This document shows, one piece after another, positions 47,001 through 57,050 of a DNA stretch of 64,000 nucleotides. The first letter of the stretch is position 1, and every line of letters starts with the position of its first letter. The position numbers were made by a program, and so were the translations under genes. This DNA comes from Azolla caroliniana (taxonomy: Eukaryota; Plantae; Polypodiophyta), in contig JBHGNT010000015.1 of NCBI GenBank assembly GCA_043228905.1, forward strand, positions 3,596,001 through 3,660,000. The letters are read 5' to 3'. The notes below the pieces were generated by a model that did no database searches, was not told the DNA's origin, and worked only from the letters and a program-made list of their open reading frames with translations.

Positions 47001-48231
47001 CTTCCTTGCACATCTCGAGCGAGCCAGAAAAGAAAAGGATCGTCGCTTAGTCAAGGCGTACGAAATGGAGGAAGATGGCTCCTTTAAAAAATTTAGCCAC
47101 AAAAAAGATATTACGAGAGATCTTTACTACAATGTGGTTTGCGGTGATGTCATCGACTTGATCCAGAAGGTGCCAAAGAAGGAATATACGCTAATGATTG
47201 CGGATATTCCTTACGGATTTCGAATGGTTGGGTCATCATACGACGATGAACCGTTTAGGTTTAAACAATTGGAGAAGATGGTCAAGGATTTCGCTGAGCT
47301 AACGACCGCATCCTTGTGGCGAATAGTTGTCTTTCATAGTATGGACCAAGGGTACTCGGTAGCTCAAGCTTTGAGATCTCGTTGCCATGGCATCGAGAAC
47401 CTTGCATGGTAAGGATTATTTATAGGTGTCTTTCACTATATTGCATTTCTTAAGGTTGTTGAATCTATTCTTAACTCGATGTATTATTTTTTATAGGATC
47501 AAGACCAATGTAAATAGAGGGCCAACTTTTCGGTTCGTTAATGCCATTGAATACATAACGGTTGGCTACTTCGATGAAATTAAGAAACAGAGAATCAAAG
47601 AGCATTCTAATGAAGTGGGAGGTTCAAATCTGTTGGTATATCCAGCAGTGACACGGAAATTGCGACATGTCACCACGACAGAACGGGGACTTGTCAACCC
47701 ATACCAAAAACCTCAACGACTTATGATGCGCTTGATCGAGATGTTTTCTGTCGAAGGAGACTGGATATTAGATCTCTTTTCTGGCACAGGTATTCCTCGA
47801 ACTAGGGTAATGATCTTGAGATAACCAATCCCTTTTTTTTCGTTTGACAACTAAATCTTCTTGTTACTTACATCACAGGAACTAAGTCTGCATGTGCATT
47901 GAAGCTTTTTAGAAATACAGTTGCATTGGAGAAGGACGAGGACCAAGTTATATTTATTAATATGCGGATTAAGGCTTTGTGGGAGTGCCCAGACCAGGAT
48001 GAGGAGGTCGGTGCAAAGAACCTCGCCAATACAGAAAGGTTTCAACCTGCTTCGTGAGAGCCTATTCCTCCGTTAGCCGGCGAACCGGGGGAGCTAATAG
48101 AGCTTGATGATGAGCTTATAGAAGATATTTCGTTGGCTCGGCTAATAGGGGAAACCAATGCACGTATAGTCGAAGACAGTTCTACACAAGATGATGAAGA
48201 AAATGACGTTGATGAATTGATTGCTATGTAA
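44069..48231 (+). CDS. Six-exon ParB/Srx-like domain + beta-class amino-DNA-methyltransferase (exons 44069-44103, 45006-46643, 46720-46858, 46942-47408, 47497-47789, 47879-48231; 975 codons; one TGA at 48055, after the MTase domain)
   Basis: All introns are GT-AG and phase-consistent. ParB-like YFVIGGSHSAEARRQL...IYVGLTTEEAKLLAWDHN. Catalytic-type motif LMIADIPYG precedes NPYQKPQRLMMRLIEMFSVEGDWILDLFSGTGT (SAM-binding), then RNTVALEKD. Confidence 0.85.
44154..44563. repeat. Array of nine 25-bp palindromes GAACTCGATACG-S-CGTATCGAGTTC with 26-bp spacers, in intron 1
   Basis: Unit starts at 44154, 44205, 44256, 44284, 44335, 44386, 44437, 44488 and 44539: a 51-bp period except after the truncated third unit. 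Confidence 0.95.
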
Positions 48232-51200
48232 TAGACTCTATGAAGAAAATGACACTGACGATTTGTTAAGATTTCACATTATTAATACAAATTTTGGGTT
48301 TTACCTAGTGGATTCTATTCTTTATAATCTTCTATATGTTTCAATTTTATTTTTATATACTTGATTAGTAGATTTATGACATTGGTTTCACCGCGTGCAT
48401 AGCTGACTACCAAACTTATGGAGAAACATGAACTAGTTTAAATTGAGGCTGATTTTGGTCCAAGCTAACCTTAACAGAACATGGCCCTATAATTGTTGCC
48501 ATAACTGTCCATGTTGTTATTATGGATCTTTGTCTTCTATTGTTAAAACTATTATGTTTCTATTCCATTGCTGCTTAGATTGTGTAGTGTGTTGATAATG
48601 GTTCCAGTTGCGTTATCGTTCGGAGTTTGATCTTGTGTGAATCACCTAAGCAATAGAGTAGATCAATTTTAAATACAGGTATGAAAGCCTAATAGGTTTG
48701 TTATTTCCACGACATTATCCTAAAGTTCACTGCCTTACATTGTCCACAATTATAAACATATGGTTTGATCCCATATGAACAAACTGAGGAATAGATTAGA
48801 TCAACTTTAAATACAAGTATTGAATACTTTAATAAGTTAGTTATTCCAATCACTTATCCTAATGTGCACTATCCTACATTTTCCACAATTACATACATGC
48901 ACGTATGGGTCAAAGTATAAATTATATCTCATTTTATTAGTATGGATACAAGTACACCTGATATTTTTGTAAAACTTACCTAATTAATATAAGTCTTTAA
49001 GTTAGTGTTTCCCTTGTCGCACAGTAGTGACATATTGAGCCATAGTTGAACTTTATTATGCCTACATTAACTTATCAACATGTCTAAACTTGCATGATTT
49101 CTAATGATCTCCACTCGTAGATCTATCATGTATTTTTATATTTGCAAATTCTCATCAAGTTGAGGAACATGTGATACCAGTGCATCCAATTTTTGTAGAG
49201 AGGGTGTATTTGCTTCGTTTTAAGAAGATTCTACAAGTGGAATGTGCAATCCTTCCACTTGTGAACGCGAACGTGTTTATGTTAGAATGTAAAACAGTGA
49301 GTTCACGGAGGCAACGACCTCGTGCTCACGATCTTCGCCACAGGCGGCGGTTACAACAGAGGCAACGACCTTTTCCTCTCTCTCTCACTCTCTGTACACA
49401 GTTACACACACTCTCTTCTTACGCCAACAAGAATGACAACAACTAACAAAAGTTTTCCCTAAGTCATATTTATACTAATATGACTTTTCGGCTATTTACA
49501 AATATAGCCTCGATGGACTCTCAGAAACATATTTACGAATATGTCTCTTCATCCGGTGAGCACTCCTCACCGAGTCTTCACCATCCGGCTCTCCGTAGCC
49601 GGGTACTCCTCATCCGGTTCTCACCGGGTCTACACCATCCGGTTCTCCGTAGCCGGGTACTCCTCATCCGGTTCTCACCGGGTCTTCACCATCCGGCTCT
49701 CCGTAGCCGGGTACTCCTCATCCGGTTCTCATCGGGTCTTCACCATCCGGAGGGACCTGTCTCCCAACAAGAAGTGATGATGAAGCAACTAGGTTGCTTA
49801 TCATGGGAACAAGTGACTGAAGAATATCCGATAACGCAAGGCGTTATTGAAATATTTCATTGCATTTAAGGATTGGGTGAGTATAACTCTTTGTTTGATC
49901 GATTTGTGGTGGTCCATCCCGTGTATCACTATAACTTTGTTGATGTCTTATTTTTTAGAAACCATGTCGGAGTAAGAGGCATGGTGAAATAAAGGATATA
50001 CATGACTTTCCAACATCCTTTCTTGCGCATCTTGAAAGGGCCAGAAAAGAGAAGGATCGACGCTTGGTAAGGGCGTTTGAGGTGGAAGATAACGGCACCT
50101 TCAAGAAGTTTAGCCACAGAAATGACATCACCAGAGATCTGTACTACAATGTTTATTGTGGGGATGTTGCTGACATGATCCAGAAGCTGCCAAAGAAAGA
50201 GTATACATTAATGGTAGCTGATATTCCATACGGTTTTCGTATGGCTGGTTCGATCTACGATGACGAACCGTTTAGGTTCAAGCAGTTGGAAAAAATGGTA
50301 AAAGATTTCTCCGACTTGACCACTGCTTCCTTGTGGAGAATTGTAATATTTCATAGCATGGATCAGGGATATTCCATGGCTCAAGCGTTGAGATCTTGTT
50401 GCCATGGAATTGAGAACCTTGCTTGGTAAGGATTTTATCGAAAGCACTGTATCTCAATAGGAATTATATATTATAATTTAAACTGCTTATAACTTTTTTG
50501 TCAATGGTCTGGATTAAAACCAACATAAATAGGGGACCGACTTTTCGGTTCGTCAACGCAATGGAATATATAACAGTTGGTTATTATGACGAGATCAAGA
50601 AGCAAAGAATCAAGGAGCATTCGAATGAGGTGGGATGCTCTAACCTGCTCGTATATCCAGTCGTGACACGGAAGCTTCGACATGTGACCACGACTTAGCG
50701 TGGGCTTGTGAATCCCTACCAGAAGCCCCAACATTTAATGATACGCCTTGTGGAGATGTTTTCGAATGAAAATGACTGGATATTGGACTTGTTTTCTAGC
50801 ACAGGTAAATGGTCAAATAATTTTCCTTAATGTGTTGAAGGTTTTATTTATATTTAGACCTATGATAATACTCATTATTTCTTATATATGGTGTTTATGC
50901 ACCACTTCAGCATGTGCTTTGAAGCTTTTCGGAAATTCGGTTGCATTGGAGAAAGATGAGGAGCAAGTGAACTTCATCAACATGAGGCTTCGCGCGCTTT
51001 GGGAATGCCCCGATCAAGATGAGGAGGTAGGGGCCAAACATATGGCAGATACCGAACATTTTCAGCCTGCCTCCTATGAGCCGATTCCTCCTTTGGCCGG
51101 TGAACCTAGGGAACTCGTAGAGCTTGACGATGACTTAACGGAGGACCCCACGGTAGCGAGTCTATCTGGAGTGGATACTACTGCGCTAAAAGTGGATGAT

Positions 51201-52435
51201 AGTTCACCGATTGATGATGTATCCAATGATATGGATACTCTCCTAGCGATGTAGTTAGAGTGTATAAAAAAACTTTTAATGTATTTACTTCTAATCAAGA
51301 TCTTTTAATCAATTCTATTTCCTAATATGATCCAATTTATTTGTTTATATGGTGTTATATTATGTTTTAATTAATGTGTTGCTATATTTATATCTTGTGG
51401 CACATATTTATTAAATTTGTTGGACTATCATCTAAGTATATAGTTAAGATCAAAGAAAATGTATGTTCATTCTTCATATTTACCCATCAATTGTGTTTAT
51501 AAAACTTAGTTCCATGTTTGCTATTGCCAATCACTTTTTGAATTTATTATACTTATAGAATAACTATGATAAATAACATTTACGGGGACTGAAGGAGGCA
51601 TTGTAGATATTGGGGAGTATTTGCTTTATAAGAGGGGATTGTACAACAATAATCATGTTTCTATGGTTGATGGTTGATGGTTGTCTGGACTGGATGTATG
51701 GAGGGCTAGATTATTATTACTCCATTTGTATATATGTGTTTAACCTCTTGATTTAGTGTTTATGTGTAGACAATCAAATGAAAATTGTAATGCATGCTTT
51801 AACGTTAATTCCAGAGAGTTATCTCTATTATGGCACCCAAAAATTTAGCACTACCTATACCTTAACAATAGTCATATATGTTTTGGGTATATTATTGTAT
51901 GTCTAATGTAATGTAAACCAGTAGTTATGAGTACGCTTTCTACTTCTAATTTTCATGTGTTGTCATGAACATATACATTTGGTATTATATCCTAATGATC
52001 TTTACTAACTATTAGTCATTATATATTGTATTCAATAATATGTAAATATCAATTTCTCAAATAGCATATACACCTCTCTTGGAAAGTTTAACCACTGTAA
52101 ACCTATGCTATTAACATCTCGCAAAAATGGAATTCTTGTTTGTTAATGCTTTAGTCAAATAATTAATTTGTATAAAATGAATGCGCGGTAAAAACCAACC
52201 CTAAATTTGTAAACATTGCAAGAATAAATCTAGTACATTTATATTTTCTCCAATAAATAGCATGTTCTCATGGTATAGAGATGTATCCGATTAATAAATC
52301 AATAAATTCACCCTATGTGGTTTATCATGTGATACTGGTGCACGTCATATTTCACAACAAGCTAAAATTGTGTGACTATAAAGGGAATCTAAAAGTGGAA
52401 TGCGCGATCCTTCCACTTCTGAACGCGAACGTGTT

Positions 52436-53030
52436 AATGGCCTTTCCAAGGGATGCGAGTGTTTCCATACTCTCTTCTTTAATCCCACAGACGACAATGT
52501 TCTTTGATCGTCGTTCACGTTCTTTCAATTCTCATACATCTATGCTTTCTATATTCTTCTCTTAATGCATCACATGCATATTAGATGAGTTTGATACCAC
52601 ATCCCCACCACATACATCGGCCCATGACTTCATTGTACATAGATTTTTCATCTCACTTACATCCCGCCTCATCATGTCCAATTTTTCTTCTTTTAATGTT
52701 TCCTTTAACTCAATCTTGTTAAGGCTCAAAAGAAGCTCTTTTACATTCTTGAATCTCTTCTTGAAGCTTTGCAACCACTTGCTTAAGACTTTCATTCTCA
52801 ATGACAACACTTTGGAACTTAGAATTCTTTTTCATTAACATCCTAATCTCTTCACCTTGCTTGTTTATGGTTTCTTGAAGAGAAATCAAGTGACTCATAG
52901 GCATTTTGTCCATTGCATTGGAATCGAGATTTGTTGGTGATCTCAGCTCATTATCAATCATACCCCCGAACTTTGCAGCGGCTTTACGAGTGTTTGCCAT
53001 TATAGGGACAAACCCTACGAGAAGAGAGAG
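52436..53030 (-). mobile_element. LINE 5' part: ORF1 N-terminus (coiled coil), continuing into 1-921 across the transposon insertion
   Basis: ORFs 52719-53000 and 52562-52810 are coiled-coil-like, followed by ERERRSKNIVVCGIKEE, a typical LINE ORF1 motif. Joins 1-921 through the AATG TSD. Confidence 0.7.
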
Positions 53031-53666
53031 ACAGAGAGGGATGGAGAGAGAATGTACCTTTCACTTGATTTAGGGCTTCAAAATCTACCTTGTGTTTGAG
53101 GAACCGTGGGGCAAAGATGGTTGCAGATGAAAATGCTCATAACTTCTCACCATAGTAATGGAATTCAGTAAATGAACATTCTTTAGAAAACTCTCTAAAA
53201 GAACTTTGCAACGAGCTATAGAATGTTGAAAACAATGGCCGGAGTGAACTTACAAAGACCTTTGAGTGTGAGAGAGAGAGTTGTAGCTTAGGTTAAAGGA
53301 AAGAAAGCTCAAGATGAAGAGATGAAGAGATGCACAAAAGTGACCTTTATAGCTCTTTTACAAATATATTGATCCCTTTCATATTAGGATGACCATTGGG
53401 CCTAAGGCTCTAAGGCCAACTTTGTTGTGTTCATATTTTATTGGTCCCATGCATGTTCTTTAATATCAATGGTAATGTCTTGGTGGATCATGTTACATAT
53501 AGTATATACTCGACACTATTAAGCTATATGTTAAGTACTCGTCATATGTAATAAGATTCATGAAGGCATTGGGGTTGGCATTGACACCGACCTCAATGGA
53601 ACATTAGAGAAAAGAGGAATAGAACAAAAACTCCCTTAAATGCTCTAGGTCAAAGGGCCACCCCAT

Positions 53667-54162
53667 TGTGAAAGAGGCCAAACCTCATTGTAAAAAGTCA
53701 CTTTTGGTGACTTTTGTAGTTCTTCTTCTCCCTCTTCAGTTTTAGATCCTCTAATAGCTTGAGCTTGAGCTCTCTCCTCCCTCTTCCTTAACCTTTCACT
53801 TAAGTGAGTTGAGAAATTAAGGTTAAGAACTAAATAGTTATACCTTAATCACGCTTCCTTCTTGCATGTGTATTGTAAGCACTTATATTAATCAAGACAG
53901 AGTCATTATTAATATACATATTGTTTGTCTTTGTTATTAAGTGTGTATGTTTAAACTTCAAGTTATTCTTAAGACCTAATCAATCTCTTAATTGAGGGTT
54001 AACATGGGGAAATGAGTTTGATAGTGTTTGCAAATGCCTCAAGGGCCTCAAAAGTGTTTGGAAATAAGGTTGTGACACTAGTGCCTCAAGAGTGATTGAC
54101 AACAACTCTTGTTGGGTTCACTACTGATAGGGTATACGGTGGTCCGGATTCTTTTTCTCACA
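53667..54162. mobile_element. Possible solo LTR
   Basis: TGTGA...TCACA termini, near-TSD ccat/acat, and LTR-like CT-rich and AT-rich content. No partner in the window. Confidence 0.3.
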
Positions 54163-55184
54163 ACATCAACATGAAGGTAGAATTTTGTTGATCAATAGAT
54201 ATGCTTTCAGTGATGTCCACCTTGAGACGACACCACATATGAAAGAGAGAAAAAAAGAGTAAAATTTTATTATTAGAGGTAGGCACGAAGAGAATCAAAG
54301 AATGCACACTCCCTTGTTTGAAACGTAACGGTTGTGAAATTCTTTAAAGATCACTTTGCTATATGTGATGTTAGGGTGCATGGAGCAGATAGAGTTGGTT
54401 GGAAAGGCTAAAAGGAGAATCATGTCGAGCCATAGCTCCCATAATTTAATTTCTTTGTAACAAAAGATTGAACCCCAAATGAACCAGAAAAAGAAGGCAC
54501 ACATATGCATGTTAAAAGAAATAATGTCATATTTCATAGGTTGTAACAAACCCTAAAAGGCTTTAGTATTTTAAATCTCAACTATTAGTCATAGGTCAAA
54601 TGTATGTAAGAAACATGGTTACAATGTAATTTGTGGAGAAACATAATGCTTTATTATGTAGGAACAATGAATGGTCAATGGGCTTGGAATGTGAAGGGAC
54701 ACTTTAGAGTTTCCAACTTGTGTAAAAGGGCAAGAACTCTAATGTAAACGAGGACTTTGGTTGCCCTAAGTTTGGGGCTATCTTATGATTCTCATTCTCT
54801 CTTCTTTACATTCACTAAGATCCTCTTTCCTTCATGTAGCTTTTCAACTTAATTAATCAAGATATACACATTTTTTTATCTAAAACGACTAACTGAAACT
54901 TGTTTACAAGCCTTCTAGTTTTGGTGAATTGAGTTAGATGTATGGGCCATGAACACAAAGCTAGTATTTCTATCTATACGATGAGAACATCAATGCCATC
55001 ATCCCTTAAAAGGCATTATGAGATACGCACTCATTAAGCCTTGCTTGCCTTTCATGAAGTAGAGACAAATGAATCTCAATGATGGGGTAAAAAGAACTTG
55101 CTCACCTACAAATACACATTCTAAATGCACAATTAAAGTTAAAACAACATGGTCAAGTGATACCCACAAACAATGTACGATCTA

Positions 55185-55499
55185 GTTAAGGGTGAATTGT
55201 GTTGCTTTACTCCGATGTGACAATGAAGAGGCAAAGAGTATAGGTGCAGTAGACACCGGAGCTATTGCCTTGACAATCTTTTGACACATGGGATGACCTA
55301 GAGTTTCTTTACCTTCAAGAGTGGCATAATAGACATGGTCTGGTCAAGGGAGAATTGTGTTGCTTTACTCCAATGACAGATGTGACAATGGAGAGGCAAA
55401 GACTATAGTCTTAGTACACACTGGAGCTAGTGTCTTGACACTCTTTTGAGACATGGGAGGACCTAGAATTTCTTTACCTTCAAGAGTGTCATAATAGAC
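55185..55499. repeat. Two diverged tandem copies of a ~155-bp unit
   Basis: gaattgtgttgctttactcc...tttctttaccttcaagagtg.cataatagac occurs twice. Confidence 0.7.
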
Positions 55500-57050
55500 T
55501 ACATGCATGAGTTACACCTCCAAGTATACTTAAGAAAGAGTGCATTCTAGAACAAGGCTACTTCTTCTATGCCATGTACTTCATTCACTTTGCCTCAACA
55601 ACATACACATTATTTTCCTTGTATCTTCTTTGATGCCATGTATTTCATTCACATTGCAACGAGAGTTACACCTCCAAGCTCCAAGTGTAGTTCAACAATA
55701 GTGCATTCTAGGATGGACTAGATTCCCTTGCTTCTTCCATATTGCGTACTTCATTCACATTGTGCACATTTGCAATTCCATGACCCACGAACTAAAATTG
55801 GCTATTTGGTACACTTGTGACACAAACTCTTCTCCATGGAATTGACACATGGGACCGAGTCTTAACCAAGGCAAATAATTGGAAAGATTTAGAGAGACCT
55901 TTAGTTTCAATTATTGCCTGCATTATACGGAGCAAAGCATTAGTGGCCCATGGTAGCATTATTTTGATCAGTGACATGTATCCATCGGCTTTGGGAGCTC
56001 CCTAAAGGAAGATACTCAAGGTTGGCACTTATGTCATCAAAACAACTTGTTGAACATGGACATATTCATTATTGGCATGCTGAAATGCAACAATGGTTTG
56101 AGACACATGGCATAAGCTCAGATTGTCCCCATCTAAACATGACGAAGGTGGAAAATAATAGAGAGATCCAAACTAACATTATTAACTTGGAAAATAAGAT
56201 AACATGGATCAGCCCAAAATATCATTTGATAGGAAGATGGCCCACTATAAGACACTTTATACACGATGAGGATAGGTTCATCATTAGGCCATCTTATATG
56301 GACAAACATCTATCCTATGCGCTCCGCAACATGATAAGGCAACTGTGAACTTCATCACATAAGTTAGACATTGCGCTTGGCAGATGTGAATGAATGCCTC
56401 TAGAGGAAAGAATTTGCCAATTGTGTCATCATTGCCACAAGAGTTGAACCTCCAAGTATACTTCAGAAAGAGTGCATTCTAGGACAAGACCTCCCTTGAT
56501 TCTTCGATGCTATGTACTTCATTCACATTGCCTCAACAACATACACATTTTTTTTCCTTGCATCTTCTTTGATGCCACATACTTCATACACATCGCAACA
56601 AGTGTACTTCAGGAAGAGTGCATTCTATGAAGGACAAGACTTTCCTTGCTTCTTATGTGCTGTGTATGTCATTCGCATTCCCTCAACAACATACACATTA
56701 TTTCCCTTGCTTCCAAGTACTTCATTTGCATTGTCGCAAGAGTTACGCCTCCAAGTGTACTTCTGGAAGCATGCATTGTAGGACAATACTTTCCTTGCTT
56801 CTTCCATCCCATTTACAGACTACATTTGCATTGCCTCAACAACATACATATAACTTTCCTTGCTTCTTTTTCCATGCCATGTACTGCATTTCACATTGCC
56901 TCAAACTAGCAGATTATTCTCCTTCTTCATTGAAACGCCGCGTGCTTCATTTGCATTACTTTGTACTTTCATTCCTATTGCCTCAACATCACCCACATTA
57001 TTTCCATGCTTTTTCTTCGATGACACGTACTTCATTTGCATTGACTCAAT
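55500..57050. repeat. Degenerate tandem repeats continuous with the 3' end of the PPR gene
   Basis: Recurring gtacttcattcacattgcctcaacaacatacacatta.ttccttgcttc and gagttacacctccaagt..acttc.gaa.gagtgcattctagga, running into the last PPR codons. Confidence 0.7.
55770..56432 (+). mobile_element. LINE ORF2 C-terminal fragment (degenerate)
   Basis: Reads ...SYALRNMIRQL*TSSHKLDIALGR...PLEERICQLC, the typical post-RT zinc-finger region of LINEs. Confidence 0.6.

Larger units (their letters stand above)
40067..49277. mobile_element. Inner, uninterrupted copy (9.2 kb) of the Sola-like ParB-methyltransferase transposon, inserted in the 5' LTR of copia D
   Basis: TIRs 40067-40101 and 49243-49277. TSD tatc/tatg. 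The uninterrupted sister LTR (~29925-29940) reads tcac-TATG-ttagaatg, which defines the empty site. Confidence 0.93.
29746..49769 (-). mobile_element. Ty1/copia LTR retrotransposon D (same family as C), inserted in exon 3 of the outer methyltransferase gene
   Basis: Left LTR 29746-30367. Right LTR 39883-40066 plus 49278-49769. TSD AGAAG. PBS gctctgatacca at 39869-39880. Confidence 0.93.
23600..51254 (+). pseudogene. ParB-like domain / amino-DNA-methyltransferase gene, outer copy (exons ~23600-23634, 28002-29639, 29717-29745 + 49775-49876, 49959-50425, ~50512-50804, ~50899-51254)
   Basis: Exon-by-exon collinear with the inner copy; exon 2 is 1638 nt in both. Motifs YFVIG(R)SHS, ADIPYGF, NPYQKP and WILDLFS. 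Disrupted by stops and by elements F and D. Confidence 0.85.
922..52435. mobile_element. Outer copy of a Sola-like TIR DNA transposon carrying a ParB-methyltransferase gene, expanded to 51.5 kb by nested insertions
   Basis: TIR 922-956 (aacacgtttgcattcagaagtggaaggatcgcgca) is the reverse complement of 52401-52435 with 2 mismatches. TSD AATG at 918-921 and 52436-52439. Own sequence lies at 922-3787, 22760-23861, 27392-29745 and 49770-52435. Confidence 0.9.

Noticed and set aside
44069-48231. Bacterial contamination or a restriction-modification system
   Set aside because: The gene has five GT-AG introns, lies between transposon TIRs nested in plant retroelements, and has no adjacent endonuclease gene.
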